Source of the DNA: an uncultured delta proteobacterium
GTDB taxonomy: Bacteria; Desulfobacterota; Desulfobacteria; Desulfobacterales; Desulfosalsimonadaceae
Reading direction: 5' to 3'
NCBI GenBank assembly: GCA_963826785.1
Contig: CAWGYD010000001.1
Coordinates: 64,001-128,000, forward strand
Length of the DNA: 64,000 nucleotides
The translations under genes and the position numbers were made by a program. Positions 40,739 to 50,819 of the stretch are shown piece after piece (the first letter of the stretch is position 1; every line of letters begins with the position of its first letter). The notes beneath the pieces were generated by a model. The model was not told the DNA's origin. It saw nothing but the letters and a program-made list of their open reading frames with translations, and searched no databases.

Positions 40739-43700
40739 ATGAACATCAACGATATTCATGATGCGCGGGCTCATATCGAAGCCGTGTTCGAAACCGTGCG
40801 TGATCCGCTGCTGATCATAGGGGAACAGTTTCGGGCAATCTATGCGAATCCGGCTTTTTACGGCAAATTCAGGTTATCGGAAACCGAGGCGAAGAATCAG
40901 CCGGTTTTCGAACTGGCCGGCGGCGTATTCGATGCGGACGCTCTGCAAGCGGCGCTTTCGACAATCGCCGCCGGGAAAACCGATGTTTTCGAATTGAATC
41001 TCAAAGCCCGGCTATTGAAGGAAGGAGACCGGATACTGCGGATCAGCGGCCGGCGGATCGGAGAAGAAAACGGCAACGGATTGCGCATCCTCCTGTCGAT
41101 ACAGGATGACACCGAACAGGTGATGAACCGGCGGGCGCTCGACTTGATCGATCGATCGCCCAATTTGGTCATCCACCTCGATCCGGACCGGACTTACCGG
41201 TTTGTCAATGCGGCATTTGCCCGGCTGGCGGGAATGGAAGCGGAGCAGATCCGGGGCAAACGGCTGGGGGAAATCCGGTTTCCCGAGCGCCTGACGCAGT
41301 ATGTCAATCAGGCACTGGATGAAGTGGAGCGGGAAGGGGCGGAGAAAACGTTTGAAATCCCTTTCGAAGGCCGAATTCACATGTCCGCCGTGGTCCCGGT
41401 GCGCGAGGCATCCGGCGCATTCTCGTTTATGATTTATACCGTCGATATTACCGAGCTTCGGAAAACCCAGAAGATGCTCGAAGAAAAACAGCAGCGTCTG
41501 GCCGAAAGCGAAAGCCGGTTCCGGCGCGTGCTCGAAGATTCACAGGATATCGCCTACCGCATCGATCTGACCACCAGAGGCGTCGACTATGTGAGCCCGA
41601 TCATACAGGCGATGGTCGGTTATTCGGGTGAGGATTTGAACCGCACCGGCATGAAAATCCTGCGCGAGGGCATCCACCCTGAAGATTGGAAGCGCCTGAA
41701 TGCGGAATTTTCAGAATTAATGGCCTCCGACAGGTCATCGGGAATTGCTGAATTCCGGTTCAAGGGAAAAGATACCGATTATTTCTGGTTTGCCGATAAA
41801 TTCTCGGTGATACGGGATGATAAAGGCGTTCCCCGTTACCGGGTGGGGATGGTGCGGGATGTGACCACCGACAAGAAGATGGAAGAAATTGTCCGGGTAT
41901 CCCTGGATACAGCCGAAAAAAGAGCGTTGGAGGCCGAGGAAGGGCGGCGGATCCTGGAGGCCATCCTGGAAAATGTACCCGAGGGACTCATTATCGCCGA
42001 TGCCGAAAAAAATCAGGTGCGGCTGGTCAGCCGCTATCTGGCGGAGTTTTCGGGCATGTCCCGGACCGATTTCGAGAACAAACCCCTTTCCGACTATGCA
42101 GAAAAAATCAAAATCATGAAAATGAACGGGGAGCCCATCGCTTTTGAGGAAATGCCCCTGTGGCGATCTTTGAATGTAGGAGACCGGGTGGAGAGCGAAA
42201 ACTACCTGATGACCAGCCCGGACGGAAATATCATCCCGGTGCTGGTGAATACCGCTCCCATTCGCGATGGCGAGGGGAGGATCATTGGCGGGGTCGCGGC
42301 CTGGCGGAATATCGAGCATCTCATCGAGGTGGAGGAGGAATTGCGGTCTTCAAGGGATACGGCCCGGGAAGCCGCTCGAAGGGCAGAGGAGCAGCGGCGG
42401 ATTCTCGAAGCCATCATCGCCAGCATTCCCGAGGGATTTATGATCTCCAAGGCACCGGATGGGATACTCCAGCTGGTGAGCACCTATTTCGAGAATTTTA
42501 TCGGAATTCCGGTAAAGCAGATGATGCAGATGAACATTGCGGAAAGATTCGCCAGTCTGGGTGAATTTCACCGGTATGATGACGGAGCGGATTCATTTGA
42601 AGATTATCCCGGCCTTCGGGCACTGAAATACGGCGAAGTGGTCATCAATGAGGAATGGAGCCTTCTCAAGCCGGACAAAACCCGGGCAGTCATATCGGTG
42701 ATCGCGGCTCCCGTGAGGGACCCCGAGGGGGAAATCACCCATTCCGTGGTCAGCTGGCGGGATGTCACCGAAAGCAAGAACATGGAAGCCAGCCTGCGCC
42801 GCAACCAGTATGAACTCCAGACCCTGGTGGAAAGCTCGCCCGACATCATCATGCGCCTGGACCGGGAACTCCGCTATATCTTCGTGAACACGGCCTATGA
42901 GCAGATCACCGGGTTGACCCGGGAACAGTTCATCGGCAGAAACAACCAGGAACTGGGCATGCCCGAAGCGCATTCCCGGCAGTGGGAGGAGGCGACCCGG
43001 AAGGTGGTCTCCTCCGGCCGGGAAGCCAGCATTGAATTCAGTTTTTCGGGATTGTTCGGAAACCGTCATTTCTGGGCGCGGATCATTCCCGAATTCGACA
43101 AGGGGGGGCTGGTGGAATCGGTGATGATGGTGGCCCGGGATATCACCGAACGCAAGCGGGCCGAAGCCCACATCCGGTTTGTCAGCTTCCACGACAGTGT
43201 CACCGGCCTGTACAACCGGGCCTATTTTGAAGAGGAGATCGCGCGGCTCGACACCAACAGGTCTCTTCCGCTGGGCTTTATCGTGGGCGATGTGAATCAC
43301 ATGAAGCTGATCAATGATATATTCGGGCACAGCGAGGGTGACCGTCTGCTGATGGCCATTGCCGATATCTTCCGGGAGGCCTGCCGGGAAAGCGATATCA
43401 TTGCCCGCTGGGGCGGGGATGAATTCGCGGTCATCCTGCCAAAAACGGATATCGCCACGACGCGGGGGATCTGTGACCGCATTCAGACGCTGCTCAAACA
43501 GCACAAGGGGGCCGTCATCCGGCCGGGCATCTCGCTGGGCACGGCGGCAAAGACGGATGCCGGGGAAAAGATCCAGCGGGTCATCCGCCTGGCCGAAGAA
43601 TCCATGTATGACGGCAAGCTGATCGAAAGCCGCAATAACCAGGAACTGGTGCTCTCCTCGCTGATGTCGAAACTGGATGCCAAATGTCCGGAACTGGGGC

Positions 43701-44191
43701 TGCATCTGGATCGCGCGCGCCGTCTTTCACGCGCTTTCGGCAGTACTTTAGGGCTATCCGATGGTGACCTGGAGGAAATGGAAATGATGATCCATCTCCA
43801 TGACATCGGCAAAATCGTGATTCCCGAAGAGTTGATCCGCAAGCCCGGACCGCTCGACCCCGAAGAGTGGGAAATGATCAAGCGGCACCCAGACGCGGGG
43901 TACAGAATTGCCAAGGCGTTTCCGGATACGGAAAAAATTTCCGAAAAGATCCTGGCCTACAGAGAAAATTGGGACGGCACCGGGTATCCCCGGGGGCTCA
44001 AGGGCGAGGAGATCCCCTATTTGTCACGGGTATTTTCCATTATCGATGCCTATGATGTGATGACCCATGAGCGCCCTTACGGGCGTCCGCTGACCCCGGA
44101 GGAGGCGCTGGATCAGATCCGGGCGGCGGCGGGGAAGAAATTCGAAGCCCGACTGGTAAACTCCTTTATTGAAAGCCTTTCGACATCATAA
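40739..44191 (+). CDS. Multi-PAS diguanylate cyclase with degenerate HD-GYP domain (paralogue of the upstream gene)
   Basis: PAS repeats, RESDIIARWGGDEF, LHDIGK, YRENWDGTGYP. Confidence 0.92.
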   Translation: MNINDIHDARAHIEAVFETVRDPLLIIGEQFRAIYANPAFYGKFRLSETEAKNQPVFELAGGVFDADALQAALSTIAAGKTDVFELNLKARLLKEGDRILRISGRRIGEENGNGLRILLSIQDDTEQVMNRRALDLIDRSPNLVIHLDPDRTYRFVNAAFARLAGMEAEQIRGKRLGEIRFPERLTQYVNQALDEVEREGAEKTFEIPFEGRIHMSAVVPVREASGAFSFMIYTVDITELRKTQKMLEEKQQRLAESESRFRRVLEDSQDIAYRIDLTTRGVDYVSPIIQAMVGYSGEDLNRTGMKILREGIHPEDWKRLNAEFSELMASDRSSGIAEFRFKGKDTDYFWFADKFSVIRDDKGVPRYRVGMVRDVTTDKKMEEIVRVSLDTAEKRALEAEEGRRILEAILENVPEGLIIADAEKNQVRLVSRYLAEFSGMSRTDFENKPLSDYAEKIKIMKMNGEPIAFEEMPLWRSLNVGDRVESENYLMTSPDGNIIPVLVNTAPIRDGEGRIIGGVAAWRNIEHLIEVEEELRSSRDTAREAARRAEEQRRILEAIIASIPEGFMISKAPDGILQLVSTYFENFIGIPVKQMMQMNIAERFASLGEFHRYDDGADSFEDYPGLRALKYGEVVINEEWSLLKPDKTRAVISVIAAPVRDPEGEITHSVVSWRDVTESKNMEASLRRNQYELQTLVESSPDIIMRLDRELRYIFVNTAYEQITGLTREQFIGRNNQELGMPEAHSRQWEEATRKVVSSGREASIEFSFSGLFGNRHFWARIIPEFDKGGLVESVMMVARDITERKRAEAHIRFVSFHDSVTGLYNRAYFEEEIARLDTNRSLPLGFIVGDVNHMKLINDIFGHSEGDRLLMAIADIFREACRESDIIARWGGDEFAVILPKTDIATTRGICDRIQTLLKQHKGAVIRPGISLGTAAKTDAGEKIQRVIRLAEESMYDGKLIESRNNQELVLSSLMSKLDAKCPELGLHLDRARRLSRAFGSTLGLSDGDLEEMEMMIHLHDIGKIVIPEELIRKPGPLDPEEWEMIKRHPDAGYRIAKAFPDTEKISEKILAYRENWDGTGYPRGLKGEEIPYLSRVFSIIDAYDVMTHERPYGRPLTPEEALDQIRAAAGKKFEARLVNSFIESLSTS

Positions 44192-44381
44192 GCGGATTGT
44201 CTTTGCCGGTATATCAAAATTGCTGGGCTGATCGGCAATCGATTGCTTTTTCCGCTTTATCCGTGTAAGTTCCGATCCGGATTTCATTTTCCCCCAAAAG
44301 GCGCGAGGAAAAGGATTTCACCGCCTTTCGTTTTTTTCGTGAAAAATATGATTTTACAGAAGATGAACAGGAATATTTCTC

Positions 44382-44726
44382 TTGGAAAAACTGACAAGCC
44401 AGCAACGAAAGTATCTGAAGGGATTGGGCCACAAACTCAAGCCGGTGGTATTTGTAGGCCAGAAGGGTTTATCCGATTCCCTGGTCCGGGCGGTTGACGA
44501 ATCACTTGAAAAGCATGAACTGATCAAAATCAAATTCATCGATTTCAAGGAAAAATCCGAAAAAGAAGAAATCAGCGAAATGATTCAGGACCGCACAGGA
44601 TCGGAGCGGGTGGGCATGATCGGCCACATGGCCATGTTTTACCGGCAGCACCCCGATCCGGAAAAACAAAAAATCCACCTGCCCATGAAACGCATCGAAA
44701 AAAAAGCGCCCGCCCCTCGACCGTAA
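44382..44726 (+). CDS. yhbY: YhbY family RNA-binding protein (CRM domain)
   Basis: LT.QQRKYLKGLGHKLKPVV.VG.KG, HELIKIK, IGH....YR. Confidence 0.9.
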   Translation: MEKLTSQQRKYLKGLGHKLKPVVFVGQKGLSDSLVRAVDESLEKHELIKIKFIDFKEKSEKEEISEMIQDRTGSERVGMIGHMAMFYRQHPDPEKQKIHLPMKRIEKKAPAPRP

Positions 44727-44778
44727 AAGCGTCGCCCCTGCGGTTGGAAAAACCCCGAAAATCGGTTATCCGCTTCCG

Positions 44779-45201
44779 CTATTGCACGTCCACGACCTTC
44801 ACATCGAAATAAAGGGTCTCGCCGGCCAGGGGGTGATTAAAATCGATGGTGGCCGTGCTCTCTTTTAATTCGGTCACCCTTCCCCGGAGGGTCTGCCCGT
44901 CGGGACTCTGGCTCTGCACCCGGGCGCCGGTCTGCTGCAGTTCTTGCGGCAGCTGAGTTTTTTCCACTTCGATGACGGCCTCGGGGATGGTCGGTCCGTA
45001 TCCTTCCTCCGGCTTGACCTCCACCTTTCGTTCATCGCCCTTTTCAAGGCCTTCTATCTCTTTTTCGAGCCCCGGGATGATCTGGTTGGAGCCGTGGACA
45101 TATGTCAGGGGTTCCCCTCCGACGTTGGTATCGACGACCTCATCGTTTTGAAGCTTGAGGGTATATTCAATGGAAACGGTTTTGCCTTCTGTAATGCTCA
45201 T
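44779..45201 (-). CDS. FKBP-type peptidyl-prolyl isomerase, SlyD-like
   Basis: VSIEYTL, IIPGLE, PEEGYG, DFNHPLAGETL.FDV.V. Confidence 0.92.
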   Translation of the reverse strand: MSITEGKTVSIEYTLKLQNDEVVDTNVGGEPLTYVHGSNQIIPGLEKEIEGLEKGDERKVEVKPEEGYGPTIPEAVIEVEKTQLPQELQQTGARVQSQSPDGQTLRGRVTELKESTATIDFNHPLAGETLYFDVKVVDVQ

Positions 45202-45453
45202 GTGTTCATCCTTTCTTTTTGATGCCGTTTTTTTTCGGCTCGATTCCAAAGTGCCCGTTTGCAGATGATGATCCAAGCGTGTACGGATGCATTTTGGCAG
45301 AAACAGGAAAAGAGAAAATCGGAGAAAACGACAGGGATATCCCTGAGTCCGCAAACAGGACGATTTGAATGTTATTAATTAAAACTTAAGAACCCTTCGG
45401 CTTGAATGCAAGCGTTTTTCTATGCCTGTGCCTTCACCATCCGGAAATCGAAT

Positions 45454-46143
45454 TCAGGCCCGGGAGGCGGAAAGGTAGAGGAGCACCGCAAAAAAATGGG
45501 CGGTGCTTCCCCCCAGAACGAACAGGTGCCAGATGGCATGGTTGTAGGGAAGCTTTTTCCAGACGTAGAAGACGATGCCCAGGGAATACAGCAGACCTCC
45601 GATGAAAATCCAGGCCAGCAGGCCCGCGGGCAGCAGATCCAGCATCGGCTTGATGGCGATGATGGCCAGCCACCCCATGGAGGCATAGATCGACAGGCTC
45701 ACCGCCTTGTGCCGGCCCAGGTAGAGGAGTTCATAGATCAGACCGGAGGCGGCCATGATCCAGATCAGGCAGAACAGGGTCCATCCCCAGGCACCCCGCA
45801 TGGCGATCAGGGTCACCGGGGTATAGGTGCCGGCGATCAGGACAAAGATAAAGGAATGATCCATCATCCGGAAAAAATGCTTGATCCGTTCGTTGGAAGA
45901 GGCGTGATACAGCGTCGATGCCAGGTACAGAAGGATCAGGGAGGCGCCGTAAATGGAAAAGCAGACCACCCGCCAGGTGTCCCGGTAATTGCCTCCGTAG
46001 GTGATCAGAACAATAAGGGCGATGATCCCCAGGGCCACGCCGATGCCGTGGGTGGCGGCGTTGGCGATCTCTTCGGATACGGTATAATGCATTTTGGGTT
46101 TGATTTTTCGATTGTCCGGGTGTTCCGGAAAAGCGGCGGTCAT
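45454..46143 (-). CDS. Hemolysin III / PAQR family membrane protein
   Basis: EEIANA.THG, STLYH, DHSFIFVLIAGTYTP, HAIWHLFV. Confidence 0.92.
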   Translation of the reverse strand: MTAAFPEHPDNRKIKPKMHYTVSEEIANAATHGIGVALGIIALIVLITYGGNYRDTWRVVCFSIYGASLILLYLASTLYHASSNERIKHFFRMMDHSFIFVLIAGTYTPVTLIAMRGAWGWTLFCLIWIMAASGLIYELLYLGRHKAVSLSIYASMGWLAIIAIKPMLDLLPAGLLAWIFIGGLLYSLGIVFYVWKKLPYNHAIWHLFVLGGSTAHFFAVLLYLSASRA

Positions 46144-46463
46144 AAATTGAGCATCCTCTCGGCGATGCATTTGCAGCGCAAATTAACATATAAAATCGGA
46201 TCCGGTTCTCCGGCTTACCCCGGTAAATCGATTCCGGATCAATGAAATGCGGATTTTTTTTACAAAGCGATCAGAAAAGATATTTTTTCCCGATTTCAGG
46301 GTAGAGATCTTCATCCCCTTTGCCGCTTTGGGGGCGGAAATCTCATTCTGGTCCACTATCGGATCCGCATAGAAATTTTTCTATCACGGATGAGGCGCAA
46401 TGAAAACCGCTTTATTCGGACCTGAAATAAACGGCCCTGGTGCGGAAGTTTCGGATGCCGGCT

Positions 46464-47420
46464 TTACTCCGCGTGCCCGATTCGGTCCGGGCCCCTGACC
46501 GGCCATACGAAAAATTCCGGGTTGGTCTTGTAGCCCACCCCTATGATGCCGTCGATGGTGTAGAGCGCCCAGGCATAGGTCCGGTCGTAGCGGCTGGTGG
46601 TGGCGGACCAGTAAAATTGTCGCACATTTGCAAACGGCGCCCCTGCCGGCAGTGCTGGCGAATCGGCATTCAGGTCCACCAGGCTTTCGAGTTCCCGGAT
46701 GTGGGGAAGCCGCCAGTCGGCATGACCGTATCGCGCATCCCTGTTCATGGCCTCGATTTTTCGGACGGCGGTCTGCCAGTCCACCGGTTTTCGGGTAAGA
46801 TCTGCGTCTTTTGACCAGGCAAGCCCGGTCAATCGATCGACTGCCGTATATCCGTCCCCGGTGAATCGGGGGGAGGGCCAGCAGATGCCGGTTTGAAATT
46901 GGCCGTCCTGGCCGGAATGGTCACAGGCCATCTTTTGCCCGGCCGCGTCATAGCAGGATGTCTGGCCGGTTTGAAAAATGCGGGCAGGTCCGGCGCTCCG
47001 CACCGGCCAGACCATGTAAGAGCCGTGCTTCATCCCTTTAAACACCCGGGCGCCGCCCAGGTGGATGTACCATGCCTGGTCCGGCAGACGGCGGCAGGTG
47101 GTGGACGTCCAGTAATAACCGTTAAAGACATTTTTGAATGGATGGCCTTCCGGCAGGGCCGGGTTAATGCTGTCATAGCTGATCAGGCTCATCAGTTCCC
47201 GGCGGTTGGGCAGTTTCCAGTCGGTATGCCCGAATTGTTCATTGCGGTTCATCTGTTCAATGAACTCGAAGGCCTCCGCCCAGGAAAGCGGAAATTCGGA
47301 AATACCGGCATCTTTCATCCAGATCATCCCCGAGCGGGTATCGTGGACTTGATCCCCCGCAACGATAAAGCGGCTACGCGATTTGAAAACAGCACAGATA
47401 ATGGTAATCCCCCACGTCAC
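46464..47420 (-). CDS. Tandem DUF1566 (Lcl C-terminal-like) domain protein
   Basis: Two repeats of D..(T/S)G..W, DW.LP..EL.SL and YWS.T; TGQT.CYD linker. Confidence 0.85.
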   Translation of the reverse strand: MTWGITIICAVFKSRSRFIVAGDQVHDTRSGMIWMKDAGISEFPLSWAEAFEFIEQMNRNEQFGHTDWKLPNRRELMSLISYDSINPALPEGHPFKNVFNGYYWTSTTCRRLPDQAWYIHLGGARVFKGMKHGSYMVWPVRSAGPARIFQTGQTSCYDAAGQKMACDHSGQDGQFQTGICWPSPRFTGDGYTAVDRLTGLAWSKDADLTRKPVDWQTAVRKIEAMNRDARYGHADWRLPHIRELESLVDLNADSPALPAGAPFANVRQFYWSATTSRYDRTYAWALYTIDGIIGVGYKTNPEFFVWPVRGPDRIGHAE

Positions 47421-47943
47421 TGGTCTTGAAACTCTGAAAACCGTGGGCTTTGAGGAATGACTTCAGTTCTTCGGGAGAAAGCCGGATGTGCCGGGGCGGT
47501 CCGGGCGGGCCCTCGATTTTTTTAAATTCCACCACCGCGAGGATGCCGTCGTCTTTCAACACGCGCCTGATTTCCGACAGGGCCCCTTGAGCCTTTTGAT
47601 CTTCGATCAGGTCGTGAAGCACGGATGCGGTCAGGCACAGGTCGATGAAGTCATCGGATGCCGGGATATGGACGCTGACATCCGCCACCTCGGCGCGGAT
47701 ATTGGTGATGGCTTTTTTCGATATGGATTCTTTCAAAAGGGCGATTCCTTCCGCCCACGCATCAACGGCGTAGACCACACCGCCGTCTCCGATGACCTCG
47801 GCCAGGGCCAGCGTATACGCACCCGGCCCGCACCCGGCATCCAGCACCCGGCTGCCGGGAATCAGGGGAAGCGATTTGAACAGCCGTTTCCGGTCGATCA
47901 GGTCAAAGCTGTCCTTTCCCGCGCCTGCGGGTTTTTCAGGCAT
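47374..47943 (-). CDS. Class I SAM-dependent methyltransferase
   Basis: VLDAGCGPG, VYAVD, EIRRVLK, GPP.HIRL; AAGGAGG RBS before ATG 47943. Confidence 0.85.
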   Translation of the reverse strand: MPEKPAGAGKDSFDLIDRKRLFKSLPLIPGSRVLDAGCGPGAYTLALAEVIGDGGVVYAVDAWAEGIALLKESISKKAITNIRAEVADVSVHIPASDDFIDLCLTASVLHDLIEDQKAQGALSEIRRVLKDDGILAVVEFKKIEGPPGPPRHIRLSPEELKSFLKAHGFQSFKTSDVGDYHYLCCFQIA

Positions 47944-47953
47944 CGAGTCCTCC

Positions 47954-49141
47954 TTACTGCGTCTGGATGGCAAACCGGAGCAGCGCCCCGATGCCGTGTC
48001 TGGCAAAATCCGCGTGATCGGTGAACACATGCTCGATTTTCGCGTCCTGCTGAAGGGCGAAATCGATCAACTCGTCGGGAAGATAAACCGTGTGCCGCAT
48101 GGACTGGCCGCACATGGGACAGGACTGCTCCATGGAGGAGAGGATCCGGTCGTTGTCGCAGATGAATCCCTCGGCATGAAAATCATGGTTCATCACCAGG
48201 GTATGCACCTGGCCCAGACCCAGCGCCTTGATGACGGGATCCAGTCCGACGACGCTCAGCCCCTGGGGGCCGCATTTCTCAAAAAGATCCTGCAGGACCT
48301 GCTCCTCACGGGCGCGTTCCCACCGGGCGGCCGCGGCAAGCGCCTTTTCCTTGAGCTGGGGTGTGGGATCATCCGGCTGTGCGGAAAATTCACCGGCCAG
48401 GCGTTCCTGAAGGTAGCTGTGCAGGTGCGTCTTGAGCCGGGGGAGCGTCTTGTCCTCGGGACCGGCCAGGATCAGCCTCGAAAATCCCTCTTCCTTGAAA
48501 TAATCAAACACCCGGGCGGCCACGGCCTTCAAGTGTTTGTGCATGTGCTCCTTGATGTGCCGGTCGATTCCCTGGGAGCCGTATCCGCTCTGCACCTCCG
48601 TTTCGTTTCTCGTGATCATGCCCCTGCGGGCGTCGCTTGCGCCCACCCGGTCCGGCACCTCGCTTTCCATGAAAATATCGGGTTCCGGCTCCAGCGCGCC
48701 CATGTGCAGCGAAAAAATCCGGGCTTTGCGTGAATCAACCACCAGCACCAGGTAGCGTTCAAATTCATCCAGCAGAACGGAGAGCGGCCGGGTGTAGGGA
48801 TCCGAGTTGATCACCATCCGGCTGGGCCGGTCCATCGGCAGCAGGTATTCCTTGAAAATGCCGTCCATGTCTGCAAAAAGCGCCACCAGGCGGGTTTGTT
48901 TCAGCGGTTTGAGATGGTTGACATAGGTCTTTAAGGTATCAAACGTCTTTTCCAGATCCCGCACCCGGTCCTTGTCCACGCCGCCGTCCTGCTTCATTTC
49001 GGTGAGGGCCTGATGGGCCAGGGAATTGATCTCCGTCTCGATGCGCCGGAGGGGTTGGACGTTCAGATAGAGACTGACCACCGGGGGAGACTTGCTTTCA
49101 AACCGGCTCAATTCTTCGATTTCATTTCTTTCGATTACCAT
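47954..49141 (-). CDS. Bacterial aeRF1-like release-factor homologue (baeRF10-like)
   Basis: VVSLYL, LVVDSRKARIF, LILAGP, VHTLV, CPMCG ribbon, GIGALLRF. Confidence 0.8.
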   Translation of the reverse strand: MVIERNEIEELSRFESKSPPVVSLYLNVQPLRRIETEINSLAHQALTEMKQDGGVDKDRVRDLEKTFDTLKTYVNHLKPLKQTRLVALFADMDGIFKEYLLPMDRPSRMVINSDPYTRPLSVLLDEFERYLVLVVDSRKARIFSLHMGALEPEPDIFMESEVPDRVGASDARRGMITRNETEVQSGYGSQGIDRHIKEHMHKHLKAVAARVFDYFKEEGFSRLILAGPEDKTLPRLKTHLHSYLQERLAGEFSAQPDDPTPQLKEKALAAAARWERAREEQVLQDLFEKCGPQGLSVVGLDPVIKALGLGQVHTLVMNHDFHAEGFICDNDRILSSMEQSCPMCGQSMRHTVYLPDELIDFALQQDAKIEHVFTDHADFARHGIGALLRFAIQTQ

Positions 49142-49326
49142 AAGGGCATCCTTTCCCGAATCGTCTGTTACAGGATACAGCATTCGTCCAGCATTACAAA
49201 GGCTCGATTTTTTTGCCGGATAATGAATGACTTTATAGAAAAACATGATGCCGGAAGGCGCTTGTGTCAAGGATGCGGCGCAACTGGCGGGATTTTCGAT
49301 TTGAAGCGGTTCGGGAGCCGGTTCGT

Positions 49327-49794
49327 TTAAGATCGCTTCATCGAAAACATGGATTCAAAGGCATCGAGCAGCGGGAGTTGGCCGGGAAGGATTTTTTCCC
49401 GGGCGGTCTTCATGAAAAACCAATCGGCCCGGTCGACTTCGGGGAAAACGGCCTTTCGGCCCGATCGCGGAGGCCATTCCATTTCAAAGGTATTGCTTGC
49501 GATCACGGAGACCTCGATGTCGCCGGGAACCGCCCAGGCACAAACCTGCTTGCCTCCTTTCTGCACGACATCCGGCAGCCGGATGAACTCGCCTTCGGCC
49601 CTGAAGCCGGTCTCCTCGTAAAATTCCCGCGCGGCGGCCGTCAACGGGTCCTCGTCGGGATTAACTTCACCCTTGGGGATCGACCATGCGCCCGCATCCC
49701 GCTTTTTCCAGAAAGGCCCGCCGGGATGGACCAGCAGCACCTGAAGCTGTCCCTCTTTCCTGCGATACATGAGAATGCCGGCGCTCTTTTTCAT
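49327..49794 (-). CDS. NUDIX hydrolase
   Basis: LVHPGGPFW, WSIPKGE....E....AAAREFYEETG, FPEVDRA.W. Confidence 0.9.
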   Translation of the reverse strand: MKKSAGILMYRRKEGQLQVLLVHPGGPFWKKRDAGAWSIPKGEVNPDEDPLTAAAREFYEETGFRAEGEFIRLPDVVQKGGKQVCAWAVPGDIEVSVIASNTFEMEWPPRSGRKAVFPEVDRADWFFMKTAREKILPGQLPLLDAFESMFSMKRS

Positions 49795-49853
49795 ATGAAT
49801 TCAGGATGGCTCGAGCATCCCCCCTGCAGATAGCACAAATATTCAAATCCTGG

Positions 49854-49916
49854 CCCATTACCCATTACCTATTACCTATTACCTATTACCTATTACCTAT
49901 TACCCATTACCTGTTA
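49854..49916. repeat. Tandem heptamer repeat (CC[C/T]ATTA) x9
   Basis: CCCATTA x2, CCTATTA x5, CCCATTA, CCTGTTA. Confidence 0.9.
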
Positions 49917-49920
49917 CCCT

Positions 49921-50802
49921 TCAGCCTTCTTCCCTGCTGTCCGGCTCCAGGTGGACCACCACATCCAGTACATCGGGCCCCTGATCGATGAGCCGGTGTT
50001 TTACTTTTTCGGCAATGTCGTGGCCGGTGCGGACGGAGAGTTGGGGATCGACCGCGATGTGAAGATCGACCTGCAGGTTCGGGCCGATTTTGCGGGTCCG
50101 GATGGCATGGACCTCCCTGACCCCGGAAACCCCGCCGGCAATATCGCCGATCAGTTCACGCTCGCCGGGGGCGGCGCCGCAGTCCGTTAGCTCCAGCAGC
50201 GGGGGGCAGATGATGTCCCAGGCGACTTTGAGAATAAAGATGGAAATGATCAGGGCGCCGATGTGGTCGATAAAGGCCCAGCGGGGTGCGCTGGCCGCCA
50301 CACCCACGGCGATCACCGCCGGTATGGAACTCAGGGCATCCGACCGGTGGTGCCAGGCATTCGCCACCAGCGCCGCGGATTTGGTCCGCCTGCCGATCCG
50401 GACGGTCCACTGGTACAGGATCTCCTTGCACACGATGGACAGGGCCGGGGCAAGCATGGCGATCCACAGGGTCTGCCGGTAATGCTTTTCACGGATGGTG
50501 ACCAGCGCATTCCAGGCGATGCCGACGGCAGCGGCGGCAAGCAGGATGGCGATGGCCGTGGTGATCAGCGCCTCGATCCGGTGGTGCCCGTATGGGTGGT
50601 TTTCATCCGGCGGGGCGGACCAGTACTTGACCCCGAACAGGACCGCAAAATCGGTGGCCAGGTCGGACAGGCTGTGGACACCGTCGGCAATCACCGCCTG
50701 GCTGGCACCGATGATGCCCAGCAAAAATTTTATCGCCGCCAGAACGATATTGATGATGATGCCGATCCAGGTGATCCGCCGGATCTCGGTGATCTGGGAA
50801 AT
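49921..50802 (-). CDS. Cation diffusion facilitator transporter; probable ATT start at 50802 (first TTG is 50724)
   Basis: ADGVHSLSD, HPYGH.R.E, AWHHRSDA, VDLHI, VVVHLEP. TM1 (ITWIGIIINIVLAAIKF) lies upstream of 50724; AGGAG is 7 nt before the ATT. Confidence 0.88.
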   Translation of the reverse strand: MSQITEIRRITWIGIIINIVLAAIKFLLGIIGASQAVIADGVHSLSDLATDFAVLFGVKYWSAPPDENHPYGHHRIEALITTAIAILLAAAAVGIAWNALVTIREKHYRQTLWIAMLAPALSIVCKEILYQWTVRIGRRTKSAALVANAWHHRSDALSSIPAVIAVGVAASAPRWAFIDHIGALIISIFILKVAWDIICPPLLELTDCGAAPGERELIGDIAGGVSGVREVHAIRTRKIGPNLQVDLHIAVDPQLSVRTGHDIAEKVKHRLIDQGPDVLDVVVHLEPDSREEG

Positions 50803-50819
50803 AGCCGCTCTCCTGTGAA

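Noticed and set aside
49806..49991. ORF with ITYYLLP repeats
   Set aside because: It is a translation artefact of the intergenic heptamer repeat.
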